In this document: positions 52,131 to 53,668 of the stretch, piece by piece | Layout: every line of letters begins with the position of its first letter | How positions within the stretch are numbered: position 1 is the stretch's first letter | Origin: Vicugna vicugna | Taxonomy: Eukaryota | DNA length: 53,668 nucleotides | NCBI GenBank assembly: GCA_013265495.1 | Contig: MU058387.1 | Coordinates: 1,550,001-1,603,668 of the forward strand | Direction: 5' to 3' | Program-made: the position numbers and the translations under genes | The notes under the pieces: generated by a model | What the model saw: only the letters and a program-made list of their open reading frames with translations | Database searches by the model: none | Told to the model about the DNA's origin: nothing

Positions 52131-53668
52131 TAGAGACATAGCTGTAGGAAGTCAAACTGACCCTGCTCAGCACTGGATCCAGAGATTAATAAAGATGTGC
52201 AGAAAAAAGCTTGGCTTACTGATTCCCTGACCACCTCTAAATGCTTTTCGGCTCCTCATTTAAACGTTGCTTATACCTACTTGAAATCTTTCCAGACGAT
52301 GGCATATTCCTTTTCTCTTAAACTCCCCATTTGATTCTCTGAAGATCTTGAAATTTGTGGAGTTTTCATGAAGTATTAGTCTTTTCGAGGCGATGGAGTC
52401 TCGGTTAACAACATAGATTTTGCATTATCCTTCTGAACAGCAAAGAGCTTTGTGTTAGGATGCTACGAGCTGAATTCACATGATTTTCCTCGTTGAATTT
52501 GCTTTTCTCCCCCACTGATTATACAAGAATAGACATATGTTCTCTAAATTGATTTATTAAAGGATTTTTTTTGAAAGGAGCTTCTCAACATCAGATGATC
52601 ACAGGCATGAAAATAGCAAGGATTTTTTTTTTTTAATCTTCTTTTCATTGCATTCAGAAAGCAGCAGACTGGGGAAGGGCTGGTGGTGAGGCGGAAGGCA
52701 GTCATAGAAGGCAATGAATGCATCGTACAATTCTCAGCTCAGAAAATCTATTTTAAAAGACTTTGTAGAAGGAAACTGCACTTGCAGAAAATCAAGAAAA
52801 TTTCATAGCTTTTCTTCTGTGTTTTGTCATTTGAATACAAATGAGATCAATGAAGTGTTCTTGCCTGAACTAGAAAACTGCAGATCAAACACAGCAATAT
52901 CCTGCAGTCCTGGAGTGACAATTTTGAGGAAGGGTTACAGGCTAGGTAACTGTCCTGGGAAGCATAGTGTGGGAAAGAGAAAATAGGCAACATGTTTGTG
53001 TGGCTTTAAGGTATGATTAGTTCTCTGACATTACTGAGACCGGGCATTGATTGACAAATAGAGAAAGTGGAGACAAGAGACATTGATGACTTGCCTGAAG
53101 CCTCAATGCTCTTTTATCAATAGAATTAGAACTAAATTCTTTTGATCCATTAACTTAAAATTATCTTTCGTGAAATTTGCACTTAATTATATTCAAAATC
53201 ATTGCCATTTCTTTATCATAAGAACTTTCATTCTTATTTTTTTTATGTCTACCTCAGCTACCAGGTGATTGTTTTCTAGTGCTATTTTCAAGAACCATAG
53301 TGAAATTGTATCCTTTCTGAATATTTCTTCCACCTTCTACATGAGAGCCTGTGTATAGATTTATCTTCTATCTTTCAAAATTCTGTTGACACTACTTCAT
53401 ACATTTGTAGTTTTTAGTTATTCTGAAGATGATTATTTTGTAGATATTATGTTTTACTAACTAGATGCTTGAAAAATTAATTTTTCTTTTCTCTACTTTT
53501 TTTTTCTCCAGACTGAAGATTGATGGTATTACTATTGTAGTGATATTTAATGATACTCTATGATTTTTTAACCTGGAAAGTCAAATTTTTCATCAACTCA
53601 GGATTTGAAAAGAGTCTAAATTTTCCTTTACTTCTTTGGAAGCTTTTTCTTCTTTTTTTACTTTTGTC

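Overview
AT-rich, CpG-poor eutherian genomic DNA from a gene desert or a large intron. The young L1 3' UTR, and the apparent absence of Alu, Bov-tA, PRE1 and Can-SINE, suggest a cetartiodactyl, probably a camelid (inference from recalled consensus sequences). No known protein-coding gene, structural RNA gene or CpG island is recognisable, and most six-frame ORFs look spurious. Much of the window is transposon-derived: L1 fragments of several ages, a near full-length HAL1, L2, MIRs, ERV1/ERVL/MaLR LTRs and DNA transposons (Tigger1, Zaphod-like hAT, MER81/MER91/MER104-like), several of them nested. The most notable observations are: (1) a 242-bp tandem duplication starting exactly at the target-site duplication of a young L1; (2) a young solo LTR with an intact LTR12-like promoter architecture; (3) five + strand exon-like segments whose splice phases chain into one open frame (speculative); and (4) several repeat-free, motif-dense enhancer candidates. 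Repeat family names come from memory of consensus sequences, not from a database search. Boundaries of old elements are approximate.
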